A stretch of 24,000 bases of DNA from Candidatus Kaiserbacteria bacterium RIFCSPHIGHO2_01_FULL_53_29 (GCA_001781125.1 MFKT01000018.1:4595-28594); one strand, 5' to 3'. Numbered from the stretch's first letter, positions 1 through 8,892 are shown. The notes: generated from the letters alone by a model not told the origin. Program-made: numbers and translations.

Positions 1-468
1 ATCGCCCAGGCACGTGTGGGCAGGTTCCAGAAGCCCATCCGCATCATCAAATTCCGAAGTATGAGCGGGAATGATGAAGGTGATTATGGTGAGCATGGGA
101 AAACCAGACTGCACGTCACACGTGTTGGGAAATGGTTGCGATTGCTTCGATTCGACGAACTTCCACAATTGTGGAATGTCGTGCGCGGTGATCTTTCACT
201 CGTAGGGCCGCGCCCCGAATTACCGAAGCTTGCCGCGGAGTACAATGCCCGCATTCCGTACTACAACGCCCGCTACCTCGTGGCGCCGGGGCTTACCGGC
301 TGGGCGCAGGTGCGGCACGATCGTGACCCGCATCATGGCGCCGATATTGCCGAGACGAAGACCAAACTCGCATACGATCTCTTCTACCTCGCCCATCGCT
401 CGCTTTTGCTTGATCTTTTTATTATGCTTCAAACGGTGCGCATCATCCTGACCGCACGGGGATCGTAA
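1..468 (+). CDS. Bacterial sugar transferase (undecaprenyl-phosphate sugar phosphotransferase family), C-terminal part; the reading frame is open to the window edge
   Basis: Frame 1 is open from base 1; motifs KFRSM, RLLRFDELPQLWNVVRGDLSLVGPRPELP and APGLTGWAQV are typical of the family. Confidence 0.93.
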   Translation: MAQARVGRFQKPIRIIKFRSMSGNDEGDYGEHGKTRLHVTRVGKWLRLLRFDELPQLWNVVRGDLSLVGPRPELPKLAAEYNARIPYYNARYLVAPGLTGWAQVRHDRDPHHGADIAETKTKLAYDLFYLAHRSLLLDLFIMLQTVRIILTARGS

Positions 469-473
469 TTTGT

Positions 474-1385
474 ATGACTCAAAAATTTGTTGTAACAGGC
501 GGGGCGGGATTTATCGGCTCTCACATTGTGGATGCGCTTGTTGCACGCGGCAATGATGTGCACGTGATCGACAATTATACGGGCGGCAAATTTGAGGAGC
601 GATTCAACGCGAAGGCGGTGTACCACGAGGTAGACATGCGCTTGACGGATGAGATCCAAAAGATCGTGCGAGGAGCAGATGTTGTTTTTCATACAGCAGC
701 CGTCCCGCGCGTGCCATATTCCATCGAACATCCGGTCGAAACGACAGACGTGAATATTACAGGTACGGTCTCTGTGTTGACCGCGGCCGCGAATGCAAAA
801 GTCCGTCGGGTAATCTACTCTTCTTCCGGCTCGGCGTATGGAAATCAAACAATTCTTCCGCTTGGAGAAACACTTCCCGCCAATCCAGTAAATCCGTACG
901 GTTTGCAGAAATATGTCGGGGAGTTGTTCGCTGCACTGTGGCCGAGCATCTACGGTATTGAGACAGTGAGCCTGCGCTACTTCAACGTGTATGGCCCGGG
1001 TCTCGACCCGAATGGCCCGTATGCGCTTGCGATAGGGAAATTTCTCTTGGCGCGGAAGGATAACACGCCGATAACGATATTCGGCGACGGAACGGTGACC
1101 CGCGACTTCACGCATGTTTCGGATGTCGTACGCGCCAACCTTCTTGCAGCAGAGAGCAAGAAAGTAGGGAAGGGAGAGGTCATTAATGTCGGTGCTGGGC
1201 GCAACGTCTCGATCAAGGCGCTCGCCGACATGTTTGGCGGTGAGATCCGGTATGGCCCTGCGCGGATAGAGGCGCACGATTCGCTGGCAGACAATCGCAA
1301 AGCAAAAGAATTACTTGGTTGGGAGCCGACTATTACACTTGAGGATGGTATCGCGGAATTAAAAAAAGAAATGGGCATTACATGA
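474..1385 (+). CDS. NAD-dependent epimerase/dehydratase (UDP-glucose 4-epimerase-like, extended SDR)
   Basis: N-terminal GGAGFIGSHIVDALV Rossmann motif, SSSGSAYG, YGLQKYVGE active-site YxxxK, RYFNVYGPG. Confidence 0.93.
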   Translation: MTQKFVVTGGAGFIGSHIVDALVARGNDVHVIDNYTGGKFEERFNAKAVYHEVDMRLTDEIQKIVRGADVVFHTAAVPRVPYSIEHPVETTDVNITGTVSVLTAAANAKVRRVIYSSSGSAYGNQTILPLGETLPANPVNPYGLQKYVGELFAALWPSIYGIETVSLRYFNVYGPGLDPNGPYALAIGKFLLARKDNTPITIFGDGTVTRDFTHVSDVVRANLLAAESKKVGKGEVINVGAGRNVSIKALADMFGGEIRYGPARIEAHDSLADNRKAKELLGWEPTITLEDGIAELKKEMGIT

Positions 1386-2176
1386 TTGTTGACGGAAAGG
1401 CGATAGCGGAGAGTATCTATACGGAGCTTAAGCCGAAGTTCGAAGCGCTCGGGCGGAAACCCCGGCTTGGGATCCTCGTCGTCGGCGGCCACGCGGTAAT
1501 CGAATCGTTCGTTGGCATCAAAACGCGCAGCGCCGAAGCGCTCGGCATCGAAATGGTGCGCGTCAATGTTTCTGATAAAAGCGATATGGGCAAGATCGAA
1601 CAAGCGGCACAGCGGCTTGTCGATACGACCGATGCCGTCGTCATCCAGCTTCCGCTGCCACCAGGTATTGATGTAAATCAGATCCTTGCCGCCGTGCCTC
1701 GTGAAAAAGATGTAGATGCGCTGAATCCGAATGTGCCTGAAGAAGAGCGCCTCGTGCACGCGCCGGTGGCGCTCGCCGTCGTTGAGATACTCCGTAGGAA
1801 CAACGTAGAAATAGCTGGCGCGCGGACAGTCGTCGTCGGCCAGGGAAGGCTCGTGGGGAAGCCCGCAATGTGGCTTCTCAAAAGCCTCGGCGCGAACGTA
1901 TCGGTGTTCTCGCTCGACGAAGGTTCTATCGATGACCTCAAAGATGCAGATATTGTTATCCTCGGCGCAGGTAATCCGGGATTCATAAAGCCCGAGCATA
2001 TCAAAGAGGGTGTTGCCCTTATTGATGCAGGTACCAGCGAACTCAACAAAAAAATCCAAGGCGACGCCGACCCGGCGTGTGCCGAAGTCGCTTCCGTCTT
2101 CACCCCCGTCCCCGGTGGCGTCGGCCCCGTTGCCGTAGCGATGATTTTTCGCAACCTACTCGAACTCATCCAGTAA
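1382..2176 (+). CDS. folD: Bifunctional methylenetetrahydrofolate dehydrogenase/methenyltetrahydrofolate cyclohydrolase
   Basis: VVIQLPLPPGID, PREKDVDALNPN, VVVGQGRLVGKP, PVPGGVGPVAVAMI motifs; overlaps the preceding gene by 4 nt. Confidence 0.93.
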   Translation: MIVDGKAIAESIYTELKPKFEALGRKPRLGILVVGGHAVIESFVGIKTRSAEALGIEMVRVNVSDKSDMGKIEQAAQRLVDTTDAVVIQLPLPPGIDVNQILAAVPREKDVDALNPNVPEEERLVHAPVALAVVEILRRNNVEIAGARTVVVGQGRLVGKPAMWLLKSLGANVSVFSLDEGSIDDLKDADIVILGAGNPGFIKPEHIKEGVALIDAGTSELNKKIQGDADPACAEVASVFTPVPGGVGPVAVAMIFRNLLELIQ

Positions 2177-2194
2177 GATGATACAATTTGTTGT

Positions 2195-2659
2195 ATGAGT
2201 TCGGAGGGTTCGGACTTTTTAAGGAAGTTAAAACAAATGGTTCCCGGAACCGAAGCCAACAAGAAAGCGAATGCCGTTGGTAGTCTTTACTTACAGCATC
2301 GGCATGAGAAGGACGTAGCGGACATGGAGCAGCTCGTCGTCCCGCTCCAGCGAAAACAGAACGAGATTTTCGACTCGAACAAAAAAAGGATTTTCGCCAA
2401 CATTGCGGAACTAGATAGCAAAGGAGCGATTGAATTGGATCTGCGTAAAATGTTGCCCGAATATAATCTTTTTTGGAAAGAAGAAGCTCACCTGGTTGAT
2501 GATATTGAGTTTCATCTCGCTGCGTCAGGTGCCGAATGGTTTTCACGCAATGCGGGAACAAGTTTTCAAACGGAGTTTCAGTACTATGGGAACGGCGTTG
2601 TGCGCTGGTTACGCGGCGCGCCCGGCGTCGAAAGGGGACTATGGGGTGTGAACGAATGA
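2195..2659 (+). CDS. Hypothetical protein (154 aa)
   Basis: ORF between folD and secD; TACAAT box 7 nt upstream of the ATG; no family recognised. Confidence 0.6.
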   Translation: MSSEGSDFLRKLKQMVPGTEANKKANAVGSLYLQHRHEKDVADMEQLVVPLQRKQNEIFDSNKKRIFANIAELDSKGAIELDLRKMLPEYNLFWKEEAHLVDDIEFHLAASGAEWFSRNAGTSFQTEFQYYGNGVVRWLRGAPGVERGLWGVNE

Positions 2660-2731
2660 AGTGTTTGAAATGGAGGAGCTCTCAGATCAATGGCTGTTGC
2701 GTGGCTCAATTCCAAGGGTATACTGCTCGCC

Positions 2732-4048
2732 ATGTGGCAAAAACGGGCTATTGCGCTGCTTATCTTAGCAGTAGGAGTCGGCATCGGCTGGTATGTTTAC
2801 AGTTCGCAACAGGAAGGATCGCGGCCTTTTAAATTGGGCCTCGATCTTTCTGGTGGTACCCAGCTCGTGTATCGCGCGAATCTCGACGCGATCAAGGGGA
2901 GCGACGTCGCGGATTCGATGGCATCTCTGCGCGATACCATCGAGCGGCGCGTGAATCTCTTCGGCGTATCCGAGCCCATCGTGCAGACGGAGCATGCAGG
3001 TACTTTGGCAGGAACTCCGGAGGAGCGTTTAATCGTGGAGTTACCGGGAGTGACCGATACACAAAAGGCGATCGAGCTCATCGGGCAAACTCCTGTCTTG
3101 GAATTTCGGATGCTCAAAGTTGGCGTGGACCAATCAAACATCGCATCGTCAACCGTCAATGAACTTTTCGAACCTGCGGCCATCACTGGCAAGGATCTCA
3201 AGAGCGCCGAACTGCAATTTCAGGGGGGGGCGGGTAGCTTGAACGAAGCGGTTGTCGTCCTTCACTTCAATTCAGAAGGCGCAAAAATATTCGCGGATCT
3301 GACCAAGAACAATATTGATCGCTCGTTCGGTATGTTTCTTGACGGTTCTCCAATCTCCGTCCCGGTAATCCGCGAAGCTATTCCCGACGGTACCGCGGTC
3401 ATCTCGGGTGGCTTCACGCCAGAGGGGGCAAAAGAGCTGGCACGCAATCTGAACTACGGCGCACTGCCCGTCCCAATAGAGCTCATTTCCACACAGACCG
3501 TTTCCGGCACCCTCGGTGAAAAGGCGGTACAAGATGGCATCATGGCGGGGATCTGGGGTGTGGGCGCGGTCGTAATTTTCATGCTCCTGTGGTACCGCTT
3601 GCCGGGGCTTCTTGCGGCAGTCGCGCTCATGCTCTACATTGCCGTGATCCTTGCACTTTTCAAACTCATTCCGGTCACGCTCACGGCAGCGGGCATCGCC
3701 GCGTTCATTCTCTCGATCGGTATGGCGGTGGATGCCAACATTCTCATCTTCGAGCGCACGAAAGAAGAGCTCGAAAAAGGAACGGGCACAGCTGACGCTA
3801 TTCGCGAAGGATTCCACCGCGCGTGGCCGTCGATTCGCGACAGCAATATTTCATCGATGATAACAGCGATTATTCTCTTCTGGTTCGGCACATCGCTTAT
3901 CAAGGGCTTCGCGCTCGTCTTCGGGCTCGGTGTCTTGGTCTCAATGTTGACCGCAATCTCCGTCTCTCGCACGTTCCTCTTTGCGCTCGGTATCGATGCG
4001 AGAACGGGCTTTTCGCGATTCCTTTTCGGTAGCGGCGTCAAATCATAA
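2732..4048 (+). CDS. secD: Protein translocase subunit SecD; likely start at the internal ATG (MWQKRAIAL...) of the ORF beginning at 2690
   Basis: FKLGLDLSGGTQLVYRA, RVNLFGVSEPIVQ, VNANILIFER-like VDANILIFERTKEEL, GTVSGTLG; multiple TM segments. Confidence 0.95.
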   Translation: MWQKRAIALLILAVGVGIGWYVYSSQQEGSRPFKLGLDLSGGTQLVYRANLDAIKGSDVADSMASLRDTIERRVNLFGVSEPIVQTEHAGTLAGTPEERLIVELPGVTDTQKAIELIGQTPVLEFRMLKVGVDQSNIASSTVNELFEPAAITGKDLKSAELQFQGGAGSLNEAVVVLHFNSEGAKIFADLTKNNIDRSFGMFLDGSPISVPVIREAIPDGTAVISGGFTPEGAKELARNLNYGALPVPIELISTQTVSGTLGEKAVQDGIMAGIWGVGAVVIFMLLWYRLPGLLAAVALMLYIAVILALFKLIPVTLTAAGIAAFILSIGMAVDANILIFERTKEELEKGTGTADAIREGFHRAWPSIRDSNISSMITAIILFWFGTSLIKGFALVFGLGVLVSMLTAISVSRTFLFALGIDARTGFSRFLFGSGVKS

Positions 4049-4050
4049 AT

Positions 4051-4959
4051 ATGTTCATCATCACACACAGAAATATATTCTTCTGCGTTACTGCCGCGAT
4101 TACAGCGCTCGGTATTGTTTCCGTAGTCGTGTTCGGGTTGAAGCCGAGCCTTGAATTTACAGGTGGAACCCTTGTGCAAGTCAGCTACCCCCAAGAGCGA
4201 CCGGCGCCGCAGCGTATGGAGGAGGCGCTGAGCGGAGTGGGCATTCACGGCTATTCAATTCGCGAAGCAGGACAGAAAGATTACATCATACGCGCACCCA
4301 ACCTTAGCGAATTGCAGCGCTCCAGTATTGCAGAGGTCGTGTCAGGTGGCGAAGAGTATCGGGGAGAGATCACGCAGCTTACCGAAGTTGGACCAACCAT
4401 CGGGCTTGAATTGCGCAACAAATCACTCATCGCGCTCGGGCTTGTATTACTCTGCATCCTCCTTTTTATCGCATTCGCCTTTCGCAAAGTCTCGAAGCCC
4501 ATCTCGTCATGGATATATGGGCTTATTGCACTCGTCACCTTGATACACGACATTATCGTGCCTGTCGGATTTTTCGCGCTTCTCGGGTATCTCACGGGGG
4601 CCCAGATAGACACCCTCTTCGTGACGGCCATTCTTACCATTCTCGGCTTCTCCATCCACGACACCATCGTCGTGTTCGACCGTACGCGCGAGAACTTGCG
4701 CGTCAATCATGAGCGCAACAAGAAAGAGGACTTTGCGGATACGGCAGGGAGGAGCCTCGGACAAACCTTCGTGCGTTCCGTCAACACCTCGCTCACTGTA
4801 CTCATCACGCTCCTCGTCCTCTTCTTCATCGGTCCGGCTTCTACAAAAGATTTCGCGCTCACACTCCTGGTCGGTATCATTGCGGGTACCTATTCCTCCA
4901 TATTCTTGGCCACGCCCCTCTTGGTTCTTGTCGAACAATACCGTAGGAAGCGGAAGTAG
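4051..4959 (+). CDS. secF: Protein translocase subunit SecF
   Basis: LEFTGGTLVQV, GPTIGLELR, ILGFSIHDTIVVFDRTREN, RSVNTSLTVL motifs; adjacent to secD. Confidence 0.95.
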   Translation: MFIITHRNIFFCVTAAITALGIVSVVVFGLKPSLEFTGGTLVQVSYPQERPAPQRMEEALSGVGIHGYSIREAGQKDYIIRAPNLSELQRSSIAEVVSGGEEYRGEITQLTEVGPTIGLELRNKSLIALGLVLLCILLFIAFAFRKVSKPISSWIYGLIALVTLIHDIIVPVGFFALLGYLTGAQIDTLFVTAILTILGFSIHDTIVVFDRTRENLRVNHERNKKEDFADTAGRSLGQTFVRSVNTSLTVLITLLVLFFIGPASTKDFALTLLVGIIAGTYSSIFLATPLLVLVEQYRRKRK

Positions 4960-5052
4960 CTTTTGGCCTGCCCCGTAGCCAAGTCCGAAGGGCTTGTGGT
5001 ACCGGGGTAGAGGTCGGGCGTTGGAGGCGAAAAAAGTGATATCCTGCTTTGT

Positions 5053-5784
5053 ATGGAGCTGAAAACGGTCGGCATCATAGGATACGGCGCTTTCGGCGCG
5101 CTCGCCCATACCCTCATCAAACGTTTCGCGCCATCGGTTACTGTACGCGTACACTCGGAACATCATCCGTCTGATGGCAAACAGTTTTTCTCACTTGAGG
5201 AAACTGCGCAAAGCGACGCGGTTGTGTTTGCCGTTCCGATACATGCGTATGAAGAAGCATTGCGTGAGATAGTGCCGCTGATGCGGCAAGATTCCGTCAT
5301 CGTCGACGTTGCGACCGTAAAGGTTCACACCGTGCAGATGCTGAAGCAGTATGCGCGGGGCAGGCGCTACATCGCGACGCACCCGGTCTGGGGCCCCGAG
5401 AGCTACGAGAAGTGCGCAGGCGATATCCGCGGGTTCCGTATCGTTATGACAGATGGCACACTGAGCATCGAGGAGTACAACGCGCTCACAGCATTTTTGC
5501 GCGGACTCGGATTCGATGTCGTCGAAATGTCAGCCGAGAGCCACGATAAGTACATTGCTGAAACCCTATTTCTTACCCACTTCATCGCGCAAATCTTTGC
5601 GCGAGCCGGCATTAAGCGCACAAAAGTGGATACGGTCTCGTTTGCCAGTCTCATGAATGCCATAGAAGGTGTACAACACGATCAGGAACTTTTCAAAGAC
5701 GTGTATAAGTATAATCCGTACTGTAAGGAAGTTTTGAAGCGCTTCGGAATTGGGGAATCTGAAGTGCAAAAACTTCTGCTATGA
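5053..5784 (+). CDS. tyrA: Prephenate/arogenate dehydrogenase
   Basis: VGIIGYGAFG Rossmann motif, DVATVKV, THPVWGPES, followed by a 4-nt overlap with the prephenate dehydratase gene. Confidence 0.85.
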   Translation: MELKTVGIIGYGAFGALAHTLIKRFAPSVTVRVHSEHHPSDGKQFFSLEETAQSDAVVFAVPIHAYEEALREIVPLMRQDSVIVDVATVKVHTVQMLKQYARGRRYIATHPVWGPESYEKCAGDIRGFRIVMTDGTLSIEEYNALTAFLRGLGFDVVEMSAESHDKYIAETLFLTHFIAQIFARAGIKRTKVDTVSFASLMNAIEGVQHDQELFKDVYKYNPYCKEVLKRFGIGESEVQKLLL

Positions 5785-6338
5785 GAATCGGTATTTCAGG
5801 AGCCAAGGGTAGCTTCTCGGAAGAGGCTGCGCGAAAATACGCAAGCAAGAATGGGCTTGAAGGATATACGTTGGACTATCTCATTTCGGTCGAGAACGTG
5901 TTGACTGCCCTCGAGAAGGGGACGATCGACCTCGGGATCTTTCCGATAGAGAATCTGACCGGCGGCGCAGTTGCAGAAACAGTCGTGGCAATGCAAAAGC
6001 ACAAATTTCAGAAAAAAAATACGTTCACCATCGATATACGTCAGAACCTTCTTGCCCTCAAAACGACGAAGCGGGAGGAAATTATTACGATCACTTCGCA
6101 TGAGCAAGCGCTGAAGCAATGCGGTGCCTATCTGAAGGCGAAATGGCCAAACGCAAAACTTCAGGAATACGAGGATACTGCTAAGGCTGCAGAAGATCTC
6201 GCGGCAGGGAAGTTGCCGCCATCGACCGCCGTCATCGCCTCGCGTACCGCAGCTGAAGTTTACGGCCTCCAAATTCTTGAGGAATCGATACAGGATCAAA
6301 AAGAAAATCTCACGAGCTTTATTGCTGCGACAAAGTAG
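5781..6338 (+). CDS. pheA: Prephenate dehydratase, catalytic domain only (no ACT domain)
   Basis: GAKGSFSEEAA, FPIENLTGGAV, TSHEQALKQCGAYL, AVIASRTAAEVYGLQIL, SIQDQKENLTSF; the protein ends immediately after the catalytic domain (185 aa). Confidence 0.85.
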   Translation: MRIGISGAKGSFSEEAARKYASKNGLEGYTLDYLISVENVLTALEKGTIDLGIFPIENLTGGAVAETVVAMQKHKFQKKNTFTIDIRQNLLALKTTKREEIITITSHEQALKQCGAYLKAKWPNAKLQEYEDTAKAAEDLAAGKLPPSTAVIASRTAAEVYGLQILEESIQDQKENLTSFIAATK

Positions 6339-6341
6339 TCT

Positions 6342-6683
6342 TTATTTTTTCTCGAGAGTCTCGGAGTGATCGAGAATTACTTCAAAGATTTTTCGCGCCG
6401 CTTCTTCGGATATACCCAGATCTTTGGCGACTGCGATTCTTGAACTCATCACCTCATTTCTTCGTTTCTCGTCACGCACTTCAAGGCCTTTTTCTTGCTT
6501 AAGTTTTCCGATCTCAACGACGGATTTAAGGCGCTCTGCAAGCGCCAGAAGAAGTTCTTTATCTGCCGCATCGATCTCGGCGCGCAATCTCTCCAGCTCG
6601 CTTGACCCCGTTAGAGAACTACCTTTCGGGGGTGTGGTTGAGGAATCATCATTCTCTAACGGGGTTGACATAGAGCCCATCAT
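6342..6683 (-). CDS. Chorismate mutase, AroQ type; start could also be one of the internal ATGs at codon 2 or 5
   Basis: ELERLRAEIDAADKELLLALAERLKSVVEIGKLKQEKGLEVRDEKRRNEV is a classic AroQ-fold chorismate mutase signature. Confidence 0.85.
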   Translation of the reverse strand: MMGSMSTPLENDDSSTTPPKGSSLTGSSELERLRAEIDAADKELLLALAERLKSVVEIGKLKQEKGLEVRDEKRRNEVMSSRIAVAKDLGISEEAARKIFEVILDHSETLEKK

Positions 6684-6693
6684 ACACTACAAT
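6665..6693 (+). promoter_or_regulatory. Sigma70-type promoter of the trpE T-box/operon: TTGACA (6665-6670), 17-nt spacer, TACAAT (6688-6693)
   Basis: Near-perfect consensus hexamers with ideal spacing; predicted start near 6701, where the T-box leader begins. Confidence 0.8.
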
Positions 6694-6700
6694 ACCCCTT

Positions 6701-6900
6701 AGTTAAAGCCTTTGATTCGGGGGATGGGCCCGAATCGTCTATGGACAAGGCGATCTCTGCATGAGTGGAGATCCGGATTCCTCCGTAAAAAGGATAACTG
6801 ATATCTTACGAGAGCCAGTGAGTTATAAATTAAGGTGGTATCGCGGAAACCCGCCCTTATTGCACAAGGTATGATTGTGCAGTGAGGGCGGCTTTCATTT
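6701..6900 (+). promoter_or_regulatory. T-box riboswitch leader upstream of trpE (transcriptional class)
   Basis: T-box sequence AAGGTGGTATCGCGG (6832-6846) followed by CCGCCCTTAT, which can alternatively form the terminator; upstream hairpins GATTCGGG/CCCGAATC, GATCTC/GAGATC and ATAACT/AGTTAT. Confidence 0.92.
6851..6900 (+). terminator. T-box-controlled intrinsic terminator
   Basis: CCGCCCTTATTGCACAA / TTGTGCAGTGAGGGCGG, a 17-bp stem with two G-U pairs and loop GGTATGA, then CTTTCATTTT. Confidence 0.9.
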
Positions 6901-6952
6901 TGCGATGAGCAAAATGATGTCGCGACGAGCACGATGCGACATAAACTAATCT

Positions 6953-8299
6953 ATGCAATTACCGAAAATAAAAATAGGGCAGAAGCCCACCTACATCAAA
7001 ATCGCGGAGGATGTGGACTTTTTCGGGTTGTTCCAAAAGATCGAACGGGAGTTTGAGACCTGTTTTGTTTTCGAATCTCTCGGTGAAGAAGGGAAATTTT
7101 CCCGCTATTCGATCATTGGGTTTGATCCTACGCATCTTATTTCTGCACGCGGCGACGACCTCATTGTCGATGGCCAGAGCTTCGCGGTGGAAAATCCCTA
7201 TGGCGCACTGCGCAAAATGATGCCACCTCGCGCGATAGGGAAAGAGTATGCGGGTGGCCTTGTGGGATACCTCGGATACGATGCCGTGCGGTATTTCGAG
7301 CCGTCGCTCCACATTAAAACACACGAGCACTTTCCGGCGTTCATGTTTGGTGTCTATACCGACGGCCTCGTTCTCGACAAGCTCACCAACGAGCTCTTCT
7401 ACTTTTACTGCGATACCGATAAGAGCGAGCTTTTGAGGAAAATCATGCACACAACCTACACGAAAGAGCCGCTTACGGTAACGTACATAAAAGACGGCAT
7501 GAGCAAGAAAGAACACGCGACCGCTGTCGAGAGTGTGAAAGAGCTCATCAGAGCAGGCAATACGTTCCAGTGTGAGGTCGGGTTCAAGACGGAATACAAA
7601 GTTTCTGGCGATACGCTGCAAATATATGAGAAGTTGCGCACCGTGAATCCGTCACCCTTTATGTACTATCTCAAATTTGGCACAAAAAAGGTGATAGGGG
7701 CCTCTCCCGAACTTTTGTTCAGCATTCGCGACGGTGAAATGACGACGCGGCCGCTTGCCGGTACCATCAGGAGAGGAAAAGACGACGCAGAAGACCAGCA
7801 GCTTGCGCGCGAACTGGTGAACGACCCGAAGGAGCGTGCGGAGCACACCATGCTCGTCGATCTCCACCGCAACGACATTGGACGCGTCGCGCAATTCGGT
7901 ACGGTCAAGGTCCGCGATCTGATGAATATAAAGAAATTCAGCCACGTCCAGCATATTTCGAGCGAGGTCGTGGGGCTTATTCGCCCCGAAGAAGATATGT
8001 TCTCGGGTCTTGCGGCGAACTTCCCCGCAGGTACCGTTTCCGGCGCGCCGAAGATCGAAACGATAAAGATCATCGACCGTAACGAGCCCGGGCCCAGGGG
8101 TCCGTATGGCGGCGGGGTGGGGCACTTCGGTTTCAATGGCGATTGTACGTTCGCTCTCGCGATACGGTCCCTATTCATTTCTGATACGCAAGCCTTTGCG
8201 CAGACCTCCGGCGGCATTGTCTACGATTCACAGCCGGAAAAGGAATACGAGGAAGTTACCAACAAGCTCGCTGCTATGAAGAAAGTACTTGATGTATGA
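6953..8299 (+). CDS. trpE: Anthranilate synthase component I
   Basis: YIKIAEDVDFFGLF, FVFESLGEEGKFSRYSIIG, PSPFMYYLKFG, DLHRNDIGRVAQFG, FPAGTVSGAPKI; followed by trpG and trpD. Confidence 0.95.
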   Translation: MQLPKIKIGQKPTYIKIAEDVDFFGLFQKIEREFETCFVFESLGEEGKFSRYSIIGFDPTHLISARGDDLIVDGQSFAVENPYGALRKMMPPRAIGKEYAGGLVGYLGYDAVRYFEPSLHIKTHEHFPAFMFGVYTDGLVLDKLTNELFYFYCDTDKSELLRKIMHTTYTKEPLTVTYIKDGMSKKEHATAVESVKELIRAGNTFQCEVGFKTEYKVSGDTLQIYEKLRTVNPSPFMYYLKFGTKKVIGASPELLFSIRDGEMTTRPLAGTIRRGKDDAEDQQLARELVNDPKERAEHTMLVDLHRNDIGRVAQFGTVKVRDLMNIKKFSHVQHISSEVVGLIRPEEDMFSGLAANFPAGTVSGAPKIETIKIIDRNEPGPRGPYGGGVGHFGFNGDCTFALAIRSLFISDTQAFAQTSGGIVYDSQPEKEYEEVTNKLAAMKKVLDV

Positions 8300-8892
8300 A
8301 AGTCCTGATCCTCGACAATTACGATTCTTTCACGTTCAATCTCTACCAGTATATAGGGGAGATCTTGACCGCCGGAGGTCAGACCTTTACGCTCGATGTG
8401 GTGCGCAATGATGCGATTTCGATCGATGAGATCAGGAAGCGCACGTACGACAGGATCGTGATTTCTCCAGGGCCCGGTGAACCTTCCGACAGAGCGTATT
8501 TTGGCGTGTGTGCGGACGTCTTGACCATTATTGGCAGGCAGACCCCCGTTCTTGCGGTATGCTTGGGGTTACAGGGTATGGCGCACTATTTTGGCGGAAA
8601 AGTCGTCCGTGCGGAGCTTCCGATGCATGGTAAAGCAAGCACCGTAACGCATGACGGAAAAGGGGTTTTTGAGGGCTTGCCACAGAATCTCAGCGTCATG
8701 CGATATCACTCGCTCATCGCGGAAAAGGAATCACTTCCCGCATGTCTTTCCATCACGGCCACATCCAATGACACCCAGGAGATCATGGGCTTGCGGCATA
8801 CCGAATATCCCATAGAAGGCATCCAGTTCCATCCGGAATCGTTTGCTACGGAGGGCGGAAAGGAGCTCCTGAAAAATTTTCTTCACGTATGA
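8296..8892 (+). CDS. trpG: Anthranilate synthase component II (glutamine amidotransferase)
   Basis: ILDNYDSFTFNLYQY, SPGPGEP, VLAVCLGLQGMAHYFGG, IQFHPESFAT. Confidence 0.96.
   Translation: MKVLILDNYDSFTFNLYQYIGEILTAGGQTFTLDVVRNDAISIDEIRKRTYDRIVISPGPGEPSDRAYFGVCADVLTIIGRQTPVLAVCLGLQGMAHYFGGKVVRAELPMHGKASTVTHDGKGVFEGLPQNLSVMRYHSLIAEKESLPACLSITATSNDTQEIMGLRHTEYPIEGIQFHPESFATEGGKELLKNFLHV

Noticed and set aside
977-2059. 360-aa minus ORF over the epimerase/folD genes
   Set aside because: Antisense to two strongly supported genes, with no conserved motifs.
2536-2832. 98-aa plus ORF between the hypothetical gene and secD
   Set aside because: It overlaps both neighbours in another frame, with no motifs and no start signals.
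6699-6932. 77-aa minus ORF over the trpE leader
   Set aside because: It is the antisense of the T-box structure; the RNA element explains the sequence.
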